IMG/VR virus record: IMGVR_UViG_2713896905_000008
DNA from: a virus
Taxonomy: Duplodnaviria; Heunggongvirae; Uroviricota; Caudoviricetes
DNA: 42,302 bases
Direction: 5' to 3' (one strand)
Shown here: positions 8,997 through 18,629 of the stretch, one piece after another
Layout: every line of letters begins with the position of its first letter
Position numbering within the stretch: the stretch's first letter is position 1
Position numbers and translations under genes: made by a program
Notes under the pieces: generated by a model
The model's input: only the letters and a program-made list of their open reading frames with translations
What the model was told of the DNA's origin: nothing
The model's database searches: none

Positions 8997-9411
8997 GCGT
9001 TATCGCACTCCACAGATCATCAAAAGAAATCATTACCGGTCCGTCACGACGCCAGAGAGTGATACTGTTACCCAGTTCATTAATCCCGGTGCGGCGGATA
9101 TCCAGATCAATACGGGACACCACGCCGTCATCAATCATCCATTGCAGGCATTCGCGGATATACCCCCTTACCGTCAGCACCAGCTGATTGGTCAGTTTGC
9201 TGCGCTGAAGCAGCCACAGCCGGGAGCCGTAACGGTCATTCTGTACCGCAGGCCAAGTATCCCCCCACCATCCCATCGGGACGTCGGCGTTGTCATCAGG
9301 CTCCGCCCGCCGCCAGGTAAACAGGGAAATCACCACGGCGCGGGTCAGCGGATCCAGCGGTGCGCTGGCGCAGGTGCGTTTACCGTTCACCGTCAGCCAC
9401 AGTTCCATCAT
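8983..9411 (-). CDS. baseplate protein, Mu gp46-like
   Basis: 142 aa between the gp45-like and gp47-like genes with overlapping stops and starts. Confidence 0.6.
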   Translation of the reverse strand: MMELWLTVNGKRTCASAPLDPLTRAVVISLFTWRRAEPDDNADVPMGWWGDTWPAVQNDRYGSRLWLLQRSKLTNQLVLTVRGYIRECLQWMIDDGVVSRIDLDIRRTGINELGNSITLWRRDGPVMISFDDLWSAITHGGQ

Positions 9412-9956
9412 GCCTCCATCGCTTTATCCGGTTTGTCGGTGTTACTGCCCTGACCGTTCTCTCTGTGACGATGCCCGTTATAGGCAAGCCGCATCGCTGA
9501 CATGGTGGTGCCGCCGGAGTCGCACAGGTCTTTCACCTGTCCTGTCACTTCCAGGTCCATTTCAAAACGTGCTTTAGGTGAATTGCGAAACGTGATCGTT
9601 TTACCTGCACCGTCCACCACGATCCCCTCCCGGGTCAGCGTCACGGACTGCCCCTGATCGTCATAGACCGCCACCTCACCCGTCTGCAGCCCTTTCAGGC
9701 GGTAGCGCCGGTCCGACACCGTAACAACCACCGCATGAGAACGGTCGCCATCCGGAAACAACACCACCGCTTCCGCACCGCTGTTTGCCCTTGCGGTAAA
9801 ACCGTAGGGTTCAAGATGTTCAACCCCGGCTTTGGGTTCACCGGCAATCAGGGACACATCCACGGTCTGACATTTCGTGGCGGCACTGATGCTTTTCACC
9901 ACTGCCCGCCCAATCAGGCCGAGAAGTTGTCGCTGCATGGCTTCAATCGTCCTCAT
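9408..9956 (-). CDS. baseplate assembly protein V / spike (Mu gp45-like)
   Basis: 182 aa; position after the hub-like gene; translationally coupled. Confidence 0.65.
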   Translation of the reverse strand: MRTIEAMQRQLLGLIGRAVVKSISAATKCQTVDVSLIAGEPKAGVEHLEPYGFTARANSGAEAVVLFPDGDRSHAVVVTVSDRRYRLKGLQTGEVAVYDDQGQSVTLTREGIVVDGAGKTITFRNSPKARFEMDLEVTGQVKDLCDSGGTTMSAMRLAYNGHRHRENGQGSNTDKPDKAMEA

Positions 9957-11035
9957 CAGAACGGGTCCTCCTGTACTCTGGCTTTTTTCTTTTTCCGCGC
10001 GCCGGGGTCTTCAGGTTCAGGCAGATAAGCATCAGGCGGGCCGACACGGATTTCCGTCAGGGTGCCGTTCTGGTCCTGAGTAAACGTGACTTCCGAAACA
10101 AGCAGTTCGGTATTGTCAAAACCACAGACCGGATCAAAGACAATCACCCGCTGGTTGGGTTGCCACAGCGTACCGTTACCCTGTCGCCAGCCCTGCACCA
10201 CATAGGTGGTTTCATCCGTCCGCGCCGCCCGTTGCCGGGCTTCAAAGTCAGCACGCGCAATACAGCCTGCCCCCGTAGCCTGCCCTGTCTGCCTGATATA
10301 CATCGGACGGTAACGGGCAATAAATGCGTCCTCTGTGCGGGCCCGCAGCGCGGTGGTGGTGGCCTCACCGAAATCATCGTCGTTTCCGGCACGCTGCCCC
10401 GCCACCTGGTAAACAGAAAACCGCTCCCGGATACTCTTCTCCGTATCGCAGGAAAGGATGTTTTCCCCAAGTACCAGCGCGGTATGTGCCCGCGTTGAGC
10501 CAATACCACCAATCACCAGCCTGCCGTGCGGGTCGTCGTAAGCCAGCGCCTGCTGCTGACCGAGTATTTTGTTGATCACCTCAATCACCGTTTCACCGTG
10601 ATCAGGCTGGACATCAGGAATAACACCCGACGGCGCACCGCTGTTCACCACCTCAATGCCGAAAGGCGCAGCAAGCGCCTGCGCAATCTGTACCAGCGAT
10701 CGTCCGTTAAACTGTGTCGGTTCGGCTGCACAGTCAATCAGGTCAGCGGTCAGACTACGTCCGGCAATACCGGTGCTGACCGAACGGGCATCGTAACGAA
10801 CGGGCGTCGCCTCCACCCAGCCGGTGATCACCAGCTCATCACCAATCAGCACCTCCACTTTTGAACCGTTTTTAATGCGCGACTGAAGCGTGGTAATACC
10901 CTCATCTCCCGGCCACTGGCGGGTGATCTCCACACTGAAATCCCGCGCCAGTCGTTCAACACCGGCACCGATGCGCACCGATGTCCAGCCATTCCACTCC
11001 CGGCCATTTACCCGTAGCGTGACGTTATCGTTCAT
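9956..11035 (-). CDS. baseplate hub / late-control D-like protein (Mu P, gp44-like)
   Basis: 359 aa with N-terminal TLRVNGREW motif and C-terminal lysine-rich tail; position after the DNA-circulation gene. Confidence 0.7.
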   Translation of the reverse strand: MNDNVTLRVNGREWNGWTSVRIGAGVERLARDFSVEITRQWPGDEGITTLQSRIKNGSKVEVLIGDELVITGWVEATPVRYDARSVSTGIAGRSLTADLIDCAAEPTQFNGRSLVQIAQALAAPFGIEVVNSGAPSGVIPDVQPDHGETVIEVINKILGQQQALAYDDPHGRLVIGGIGSTRAHTALVLGENILSCDTEKSIRERFSVYQVAGQRAGNDDDFGEATTTALRARTEDAFIARYRPMYIRQTGQATGAGCIARADFEARQRAARTDETTYVVQGWRQGNGTLWQPNQRVIVFDPVCGFDNTELLVSEVTFTQDQNGTLTEIRVGPPDAYLPEPEDPGARKKKKARVQEDPF

Positions 11036-11057
11036 TGCACTGGCACCTTCAGAGGGA

Positions 11058-12329
11058 TCACCGGCACAAAGCCGGGATGCGTAATGGCATTACGCCGGAT
11101 AATGTCCGCGTCACGCGCCGCGTTATCAAACCAGGTCGCCGCCAGCACCAGCGCGGGTAAAACCTCACCCGGCGCAGCGCCAGAAACAGCGCATCACTGG
11201 TTGTACGGGACAACTCCTTATCAATTGCCGTATTCAGTGTGTCGCGAATGTCGGTCAGTTCTTCCCACGTTGGCAGGTCAACCGTGTTTTTCACCGCCGG
11301 TGCATTGTTCAGTGCCGGATGCGTGACAGAAGGCCAGCCGGTGCTCTGCGCGGGTGTTGTTGACTGCCCCACTGTGGCATTCTGCATCACCGCGGAAGTT
11401 GTGGGCGCAGGCAATCGTGTGACGGCATACGCCGCTTCGCTGATTGCGGTCGTACGAAGGGTGCTGGCAACCACGTTACGCTGCTGCGTCGCCGTGGCGG
11501 TGGTTTTACTGTCCGTTTTCCAGACGCCGCGCGGTTGCAGATCGCTGCCGAGGCTGACACCGGAAAGCGTTTTGATCATGGTGACCAGGTCGCTGGCGTT
11601 ACCATAAAGGCGTTTCCCGGTACGCCACATTTTCTGCACCTGCTCAACGAAATTTTTGCCTGACGATGGCGGCGGCAGAAGTACCGAGATATCCCCCTGC
11701 AACAGCCTGGCGGCATCCGATACGGCAGAATCCACCACTTTCATCGCATCAGAAACATACCCAAGCATTGTGCTGGCATTACCGACGACGTCGTTCTGCA
11801 CAAAATCTGCCACGCCATCGATACTGAAACCACTGAAGCTGTCACTGATGCAGTCATCCAGTGCAGAACAGGATGACATCAGCGTCTGCGCCGTCGCCGC
11901 ACCTGAAGTGGGGTAAGAGAGTTCTCCCGCTTCGACAAACTTCAGGTCAAAGCGGACAATACGCCCTTCACTCTTCGATGTGCTGACCCGAACTTCCCCG
12001 TCAACACAGACTTTCAGCTCACCGTAAGTCGGATGGACAAGCGTGCCGGGACCGGGTTTATTCAGCGCGTCAATCAGGCGATCGCGCTGGTCAAAGCAGT
12101 CATCTCCCACCACATAAGCTGTGATGGACGGGCGGAAAGTGATTTTCCCCAGGTCTTCGGTATAGGGTTTGTCGCGGTTCGGATATTCGTGTGTTTCCAC
12201 ACGACGGCCGGTTCCCGCACTTTCTTCTTCAACCTTAAACGGCACACCGCGAAATGACGCGTCCTGAAGTCTGTCTTTCCACGTCATATAAACTCCGTAC
12301 ATAAAAAATCCCACCGGAGTGGGACTCAT
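11058..12329 (-). CDS. DNA circulation protein (Mu N, gp43-like)
   Basis: About 410 aa downstream of the tape measure gene. N-terminal WKDRLQDASFRGVPFKVEEES is characteristic. Start is probably an internal Met. Confidence 0.65.
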   Translation of the reverse strand: MSPTPVGFFMYGVYMTWKDRLQDASFRGVPFKVEEESAGTGRRVETHEYPNRDKPYTEDLGKITFRPSITAYVVGDDCFDQRDRLIDALNKPGPGTLVHPTYGELKVCVDGEVRVSTSKSEGRIVRFDLKFVEAGELSYPTSGAATAQTLMSSCSALDDCISDSFSGFSIDGVADFVQNDVVGNASTMLGYVSDAMKVVDSAVSDAARLLQGDISVLLPPPSSGKNFVEQVQKMWRTGKRLYGNASDLVTMIKTLSGVSLGSDLQPRGVWKTDSKTTATATQQRNVVASTLRTTAISEAAYAVTRLPAPTTSAVMQNATVGQSTTPAQSTGWPSVTHPALNNAPAVKNTVDLPTWEELTDIRDTLNTAIDKELSRTTSDALFLALRRVRFYPRWCWRRPGLITRRVTRTLSGVMPLRIPALCR

Positions 12330-12347
12330 TAACAGATTAATTTTTCA

Positions 12348-14183
12348 TTACCTGCCAAAGCGCGTATAGCCAACATCATGGCTGACATCAAAACCGCTGG
12401 ATCGCGTTTCCATAACCCGCATCCCCGGAGGCGAATTCACAAAAGAGACCTTGATCTCACCATCAACTTTTGGCGCAGAAGCTTTGTTAATCATGAAGGG
12501 ATTCGAGCCTGTGGCATCGGAGGCGTTGTTTGACTGAGCCGGATCCACCGCCGGATAAGGTGTGTATCCCCGCGCCGGTATTCCCGTCCCATAAGCATCA
12601 TAAGCACCCGCGCCCCACTGCGCAGAGTTAATGGCATCGACCGTGTCACCGGAACTGTCGGTAAACCACTCAATAATTGGCTTCAGCTTGTCCCACATAT
12701 CCTGAAACCACTTAACAACCGGTCCCCAGTTATTGATCACCATCCCCAGCGGCGACCAGGCAAAAACCTTCTTAAGAAGTTCCCAGCCAGTCTCAAAATA
12801 AGGACCAATGGTTTCCCAGAGTTTCTTAAAATAAGGTCCGACAACATCCCAGTTAGTGATAATTAATCCCGCAGCCAGGGCTATCGCCGTCGCAATCATG
12901 CCAATCGGCGTCATCGACATGATCCTGCTGACAATACTGATGGCACTGCCCACGCCCATCAATCCCAGTTTCAGAATCGCAAGACCGGCAGCAAGCCCGA
13001 CGACGCCGCGAATAACCCGGGGATTTTCATCCGCAAACTTCATGAATTTTTCCCCCAACTCCCCCAGCCATTGCGTGATATTTTTAGCGTCACCAGAAAA
13101 TGCGCCGCCAATAGCTGCAAGACCGTTAGTTGCGGTCCCCGTCATTGCCTCCCACAGGTTGGACAGCGTACCAAGCTGTGCCTGAACACGTTTATTCAGG
13201 CTGGCCTGTTTATTCATCTTCTGCTGGATCTGATCGTAACCATCCTTTCCTTTATCGATCAGGGCATTGACCACCTGAAGGGTTTCGGCATCATCACCAA
13301 ATATTGCCTTAAGTACACCTGTTCGCTTAACGTCGGTCAGTTTTCGCAGCTTTGCCAGTTGCTTAAACATGTTATCAAGACCGCCAAAACTCCCTTTGCT
13401 GTCAGTAAAATCGAGCTGCACCCCGAGTTTCTGGCGGGCCATGACTTTATTGACGTCCCTGATTTTCTTAACGCTTAATCCGGACTGGATAACTTTTCGC
13501 AGGGCATTACCTGCCGACTCCCCATTCATCCCCATCTGATCCATCATGACGCTGATAGGGGCAAGGCTCTGTGCAGCCTGAAGACCGTCCTTATTCACCA
13601 TCTTCAGAACAGAACTGGTTTTAGTGAAGAAGGACAACATGTTGGTATCGTCAACGCCCAGATAAAACGCCTTCTGGATAGTGTCGAACAGCCCCATCAT
13701 GTCTTCTGACGCCGTTCCGGTAGCATCCTGCATCTTTGCAGCAAACTCAGCAGCCGCTTCCGGTGTTTTTTTCAGTTGTACCGCAAGATAAGCTGTCGCT
13801 TTACCCACACCACCCAGAATGTTTTCTGCCGGGATCCCCTGACGCACCAGCATCTGCATCATGTTCTGGAAATCAGCCGTTGTACCGGGTAGCTGGTTAC
13901 CCAGACCAATAGCCAGTTTATTGATGTCCTGAAAGCTCTTTCCAACCTCGCCGTTCGCATCCATCATGGCGACTTTCAGCCCGGTGGCGGCGTTTTCCTG
14001 ATCGGCATAAGATTTCAGGGAAAGCGTCAGACCCGCTGCCAGTCCGCCACCAAGCGCCAGCCCACCCTGTGACGCTTCTTCCGCCTGGCGTTTAAATCCC
14101 CGGATTTTCTTTTGCATTTTCGACAGCGCGGGAGAAAGCCTGTCGACACCGGTGATCAACGCCTTAAGCTCAAATTCAGCCAT
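12348..14183 (-). CDS. tail tape measure protein
   Basis: 611 aa, Ala/Gly-rich helical with C-terminal hydrophobic segments. Follows the frameshifted chaperone. Confidence 0.8.
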   Translation of the reverse strand: MAEFELKALITGVDRLSPALSKMQKKIRGFKRQAEEASQGGLALGGGLAAGLTLSLKSYADQENAATGLKVAMMDANGEVGKSFQDINKLAIGLGNQLPGTTADFQNMMQMLVRQGIPAENILGGVGKATAYLAVQLKKTPEAAAEFAAKMQDATGTASEDMMGLFDTIQKAFYLGVDDTNMLSFFTKTSSVLKMVNKDGLQAAQSLAPISVMMDQMGMNGESAGNALRKVIQSGLSVKKIRDVNKVMARQKLGVQLDFTDSKGSFGGLDNMFKQLAKLRKLTDVKRTGVLKAIFGDDAETLQVVNALIDKGKDGYDQIQQKMNKQASLNKRVQAQLGTLSNLWEAMTGTATNGLAAIGGAFSGDAKNITQWLGELGEKFMKFADENPRVIRGVVGLAAGLAILKLGLMGVGSAISIVSRIMSMTPIGMIATAIALAAGLIITNWDVVGPYFKKLWETIGPYFETGWELLKKVFAWSPLGMVINNWGPVVKWFQDMWDKLKPIIEWFTDSSGDTVDAINSAQWGAGAYDAYGTGIPARGYTPYPAVDPAQSNNASDATGSNPFMINKASAPKVDGEIKVSFVNSPPGMRVMETRSSGFDVSHDVGYTRFGR

Positions 14184-14324
14184 GTGTGCGTTTCTCCTGC
14201 TCTATCCTGTTTGCCTGACTGACCAGCAAGGGAATTTCACTGATCGGCATATTCAGCAATTCGAAGGGATTAATGCGCCAGTAGCTGGCGCAGTCAAAGA
14301 AGCGATCAGTGAGGTATTCAGCCG

Positions 14325-14594
14325 TCAGGCCTGGAGGAAAAAACCGGCCACAAGCCACGCCGCTGCATTCAGGTCTGCCGGAGACATCTGGTCGACAGAG
14401 CTTTGCGGCACTTTCGCCAGCCGCACAATGTATTTCGACACCACATGCGCCAGAAGTCTGACGGACTCATCCTGATTCATCTGGTAGGGATACCCCAGCT
14501 CGCGGACATCCTTCCCGGTGGGTTCATCAAACTCCAGTACGGAGAGTGTCTCGCCATGAGCAATAATCGGTTTCTTTAACTCAAGCTCTTTCAT
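14325..14594 (-). CDS. tail assembly chaperone (upstream frame of a -1 frameshift pair)
   Basis: 89-aa ORF between tube and tape measure. The overlapping -1-frame ORF 14176-14358 continues to the tape measure start. Confidence 0.7.
   Translation of the reverse strand: MKELELKKPIIAHGETLSVLEFDEPTGKDVRELGYPYQMNQDESVRLLAHVVSKYIVRLAKVPQSSVDQMSPADLNAAAWLVAGFFLQA
14335..14341 (-). promoter_or_regulatory. slippery heptamer T TTT TTC for programmed -1 ribosomal frameshift
   Basis: Minus-strand GCC GGT TTT TTC CTC in the chaperone frame; the -1 frame is open downstream to 14176. Confidence 0.6.
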
Positions 14595-14950
14595 TACTGG
14601 TAATCCCCTTCTTCACCGTGGAACTCAAGATCAACCGTGCCTTCTTCGGCATTATGGTTCGCTTCGCCGTGCAGCCAGGCAGACGACAGTACATAGACCT
14701 GACCGTTCGCCAGCTCGGCAGTGATTGTCATCTCATCAGACGAGGTGATTTTGCTCACCGGAAAATTCTTCGGCACCTTGAAGGTCCCTTTGACATAAGG
14801 CGCACGGTGAGTTTCCTTGCGGTCCACTGAACCGTCCAGGCCGATGATGTCATCATTGACCGTCCTGTTCATGGGCACCTCAATGCCGCCGGTCAGCGAT
14901 AGCTGCTGACCGTCAATTTTGAAATAACAGGTTCCCCCGATACGGGCCAT
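14594..14950 (-). CDS. tail tube protein
   Basis: 118 aa immediately after the sheath gene; overlapping stop and start. Confidence 0.8.
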   Translation of the reverse strand: MARIGGTCYFKIDGQQLSLTGGIEVPMNRTVNDDIIGLDGSVDRKETHRAPYVKGTFKVPKNFPVSKITSSDEMTITAELANGQVYVLSSAWLHGEANHNAEEGTVDLEFHGEEGDYQ

Positions 14951-16446
14951 TATGCGGACTCCTCTGAATACTGAAGACGGAACTGGTTAACCACGGCAAA
15001 GACACGCAACTGGTTAACATAGTCAGGCGGGAACAGCGTGTTCAGGCGGTTCGGATCGCTGGCATCACGCTCCACAACCAGGTACTGCTTAAAAAGTTCG
15101 TAGTTTTCCACGATCCCCGCACGCTCAAGCTGACGGTAGGTTGCCAGCAGTTCCCCTTTGATCACCGCCGGGGTGACAATCGCCTGACCGGGACCAAAGC
15201 GGGTACCGTCGCTGGCAAGCTTGTGACGCCCGTACTTACTGGTAATGACGGATTTCAGTTTGCGCAGTACATACGCACTGGTATGCAGCGTCTCGCTGTC
15301 GAGGTAGCTGTTATCCGCAACCCCGTAAGCATTTTCCCTGTACGTGGTGACATCACGCTGAATGCGCAGCACCCCGCTTTCGACATACGCCGTTGCCACG
15401 CCATGAGACAGCAGGGTCTGCTGCTCGGTCATCGTGAACCGTTTCCCCTTCGGCGCAGGCAGCATACCCACCAGCTCACCGGTCTGCGTGGGACGTGCCG
15501 GATCGTTGCGGATAAACACCGCTGCGCGGGCGGTACGGCTTGCCGCCAGCTCGTCGGCAGGCGTCTGGGTCTCTTTTTCGTACCCCGCCAGGGTGATGTG
15601 CTGCTGGTTAAACTGGTCACCTGCGGTCACCAGTTCTGACAGCGTGCCGATCTTTGCCGTATACACATGACCATACAGCTGACGCGCATAGCTCCAGCGA
15701 CCGCTGGTATCGTTCATCTCGGTCACCAGCGTGTTAACGGAGGCCGTGTCGTTGAACGGCAGACCGATATAATCAAACGGCTCATCCGCCATTGCAGCCA
15801 CCGCACCGGTGAGAACCGGAGCGCCCGTTCCGGCGGTCCCCGTCGCCACGGCAATCTGTACGCCCGCTGGCAGCACTTCGCCCCCACCAAAGCCGTAGTA
15901 ATTGAGGCTGACAGGAATTTCATTCCCGCAAAGCCCCTTATGACGCGCGGTCAGTGTGACCACGCCTGCCGAAGATGAGGCCGTAAACGGCAGGGCCGGA
16001 ACGGCATTGATGGCATCCTGGATACTGCTGGCAATCGTCGTGACGTTATCGCCGTTGGTCACCGGTGCCTGCACGCGGGTACGTCCCACATAAACATTCA
16101 CCGTGCCGGTTTCGGTTGCTGCTCCGGTCACCGTCAGCGTAACCGTTGCCGCCGCGCCTGTGGCTTCCGGAACGGCAATCACATACAGCTCGCCAAACGG
16201 GTCGGTCTGGCGATAAGCCTCGACCATACGCGCCAGCTGACTTCCCGCACCACAAATCTGGCGTGCATAGTCTGCCGACGGCATCAGCACCAGACTGTTG
16301 GCAACAATCTCTGCACCGTTATTGGCGTGACCAATCAGCAGCGATGCTCCGCTGTCCTGTGCAGTATTCGCCGCCTGGTTATCCATTTCCGCATAAAACA
16401 GCGGAACCAGCGTATTCGACGGAATGGTGTTAAAGCTTATCGTCAT
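14950..16446 (-). CDS. contractile tail sheath protein
   Basis: 498 aa; largest protein upstream of the tube gene in the myovirus-type order. Confidence 0.85.
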   Translation of the reverse strand: MTISFNTIPSNTLVPLFYAEMDNQAANTAQDSGASLLIGHANNGAEIVANSLVLMPSADYARQICGAGSQLARMVEAYRQTDPFGELYVIAVPEATGAAATVTLTVTGAATETGTVNVYVGRTRVQAPVTNGDNVTTIASSIQDAINAVPALPFTASSSAGVVTLTARHKGLCGNEIPVSLNYYGFGGGEVLPAGVQIAVATGTAGTGAPVLTGAVAAMADEPFDYIGLPFNDTASVNTLVTEMNDTSGRWSYARQLYGHVYTAKIGTLSELVTAGDQFNQQHITLAGYEKETQTPADELAASRTARAAVFIRNDPARPTQTGELVGMLPAPKGKRFTMTEQQTLLSHGVATAYVESGVLRIQRDVTTYRENAYGVADNSYLDSETLHTSAYVLRKLKSVITSKYGRHKLASDGTRFGPGQAIVTPAVIKGELLATYRQLERAGIVENYELFKQYLVVERDASDPNRLNTLFPPDYVNQLRVFAVVNQFRLQYSEESA

Positions 16447-16600
16447 CGGTGTTCACCTTTTTATTCACGCGCCGGATATCACCCGCGGCTTCACGGCGCA
16501 GCCAGTAGTTGTTCTCATCAACATTTCGCCCCTCGGCGGGCAAAAGGTCGCCGCGGGCAGGGTCAGGAACTGACCGCCCTTTAACAGGTTTCACAAACAT
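16430..16600 (-). CDS. small tail-associated protein (not in the ORF track; about 56 aa)
   Basis: Minus-strand ATG at 16600 gives MFVKPVKGRSVPDPARGDLLPAEGRNVDENNYWLRREAAGDIRRVNKKVNTDDDKL*, overlapping the sheath start. Confidence 0.35.
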   Translation of the reverse strand: MFVKPVKGRSVPDPARGDLLPAEGRNVDENNYWLRREAAGDIRRVNKKVNTDDDKL

Positions 16601-16608
16601 GAAGATTC

Positions 16609-17169
16609 TCAGGAAGGAAGGGTTATTTCGGTGTGATGTTCGATATCGCCGTCAGGCCCGTTACCGGGCTCGAGATAATCAACATCAATCGCCAGCGTTT
16701 GCAGTTCATCCAGACTGTTCAGATCATCCTGCTGGCGGGTATCGTCTTCAGTCAGCTCGCTGATGACCGAAAAATCGAACTGATAAATCAGCTCATGACG
16801 ATTCAGATCCAGCAGCGTGCCGCCGTCATAGGTAATCGGGTTACCGCACGCCTCCGGGTTCCAGCCCAGCAGAGCCTTAAAGAGCATCTGCCGGACATCG
16901 TCCACCACATCATACGAGGCAAACTGACCGCGCTCATCACGCCCGTTACTCAGTATGACAACCACGGAGAAACCCTCTTTCAGCTCCTGCCAGTAGTCGG
17001 TCTGGCTTTTGTTTTCTCCCGGAGAATCATCACCCGGTACAACATATGCCGCCGGGAGTTTCAGCTTTCCGACCTCCGGCAGATTTTTGAACTGGGCCGC
17101 GCCTGCAACCCGGTTTTCAAAATACGGACAGCGGGCACGCAGTGCAGCAATAACAGGCGTCAGTTTCAT
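16609..17169 (-). CDS. tail-associated protein (Mu gp37-like)
   Basis: 186 aa between the morphogenesis gene and the sheath gene. Confidence 0.45.
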   Translation of the reverse strand: MKLTPVIAALRARCPYFENRVAGAAQFKNLPEVGKLKLPAAYVVPGDDSPGENKSQTDYWQELKEGFSVVVILSNGRDERGQFASYDVVDDVRQMLFKALLGWNPEACGNPITYDGGTLLDLNRHELIYQFDFSVISELTEDDTRQQDDLNSLDELQTLAIDVDYLEPGNGPDGDIEHHTEITLPS

Positions 17170-17672
17170 CTGTGTCGTCGCTCCGGCTTCAGTGATTTAC
17201 GCAATTCCCGCGCCAGAAAATAGCGTGTCCAGCTGCGGTTCTTTTCAAGCGTTTCCACCATGAAGTTATTACGTGGAGCCAGTCGCCAGCCGCTGCCACC
17301 GGATGCACCACGATGATGGCTGCGACGACGCTTTGCCCCTCGCCTCACGCCATAGAACAAAAAAGCCGGATAAAAATCACCGGTGATACGGCGGTTTCCC
17401 TCACCATTACGCTGGTTAGGGGCTATACGTGCCATAAAACCAGGGCGATGTTTACTGGCTCTGGGTACCATGTAACCAATCGAACGAGCCAGGCGTCCGG
17501 TCTGATAACCGGGGTTTTCACCCGGTGCCGACCGCGCACGGCGCATCACCAGCCGACGGGCATCACGCATATGACGCTGACCAATCGTGACAAACGCCCG
17601 CCGGACACGGGCGCGGTTAAAGCGCATCTCCGCGGGCTGCTGAAAATCAACGTGCGAAAAGGAAGTCGTCAT
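17166..17672 (-). CDS. virion morphogenesis protein (Mu G-like)
   Basis: 168 aa, very basic; position between head-completion and tail genes. Confidence 0.55.
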   Translation of the reverse strand: MTTSFSHVDFQQPAEMRFNRARVRRAFVTIGQRHMRDARRLVMRRARSAPGENPGYQTGRLARSIGYMVPRASKHRPGFMARIAPNQRNGEGNRRITGDFYPAFLFYGVRRGAKRRRSHHRGASGGSGWRLAPRNNFMVETLEKNRSWTRYFLARELRKSLKPERRHR

Positions 17673-18057
17673 TGTTGCCTCCGTGACTCTGCCTACATTC
17701 GCCCAGCTCCGTACACTCCAGCAGCAGAAAGCGCCGCGCCCCGTTCAGATCGCGCTGACGTTTCACCCGGTACACACTGTCACCGCAGACCACCTCATAA
17801 TCAGCGGTGATCCCCCGGCGATAACGAATGGTGATGTAATGGGTGATGGCGTCCCCTGTCTGCGCGGTTTCCTGCCAGGTGGTGGCACTGGTCTGGATAA
17901 CCTTCGCCCATGTCCGGAACGTAACCGGGTATTGAGGCTCCACGCCAAAGTTATCCGCGGGCATATCCACCCGCAGGCGGATCAGGACGCGTTTATTCAG
18001 TTCACCGGGGTCCGGCAGAATGTAGGTTGCGCTGGTCTGCGCCTGACGAATTTTCAT
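17647..18057 (-). CDS. head-tail joining / head closure protein
   Basis: 136 aa, between the connector-like gene and the morphogenesis gene. Confidence 0.45.
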   Translation of the reverse strand: MKIRQAQTSATYILPDPGELNKRVLIRLRVDMPADNFGVEPQYPVTFRTWAKVIQTSATTWQETAQTGDAITHYITIRYRRGITADYEVVCGDSVYRVKRQRDLNGARRFLLLECTELGECRQSHGGNNDDFLFAR

Positions 18058-18377
18058 TGCGGAAAGTACCTGTACGGGCCGACAAGCCAGCCAAAACTCT
18101 GCGGCATGTCGAGTTTCTCCACTTCCGTAACCGACGAGCGGTTTTCGTAAAAATGGCTGATAAGCATCAGCATCCCCAGACGAATATCATCCGGCAGGTG
18201 CAGCCCGTCCGGATCGCTGTCCGGAATGGATTCATCCGGTGCATAGAGCTTCCGGTTCAGATACGTTTCCGTCCGCTTTTGCGCCGCACAGGCCAGCAGT
18301 TGCAGATGGCGGTCATCAGCATCGAAATCCTCATCCAGCCGGAGTTGGGCTTTAATCTCTTCCATTGTCAGAAGCAT
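18054..18377 (-). CDS. head-tail connector protein (gp6-like)
   Basis: 107 aa, acidic; downstream of the major capsid gene. Confidence 0.5.
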   Translation of the reverse strand: MLLTMEEIKAQLRLDEDFDADDRHLQLLACAAQKRTETYLNRKLYAPDESIPDSDPDGLHLPDDIRLGMLMLISHFYENRSSVTEVEKLDMPQSFGWLVGPYRYFPQ

Positions 18378-18379
18378 AC

Positions 18380-18580
18380 TCAGCTCTCTTTACTGGTCGT
18401 GGCTTTTTTCTCTTTTGCCGCTTTACTGCTTTTTGCACTGGTTCCGCGCTCAGCTAACCCGGCCTGAAGTGCAATCTCCTGCACCCGGGCAGGAAGCGCC
18501 CCGTCGTCATACTCACCGGCCCGAATGACCTCAACACGCATACCGTCCGGTGACCATTTCAGATCTTGTTTCAGGATCAT
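18380..18580 (-). CDS. small head-associated protein, unknown
   Basis: 66 aa with Lys/Ala-rich C-terminus, directly after the capsid gene. Confidence 0.3.
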   Translation of the reverse strand: MILKQDLKWSPDGMRVEVIRAGEYDDGALPARVQEIALQAGLAERGTSAKSSKAAKEKKATTSKES

Positions 18581-18629
18581 GATTCTTCACCCGTCAGGAC
18601 AGGGGGCGCGGTTCCGCGCCCCTGAATGA

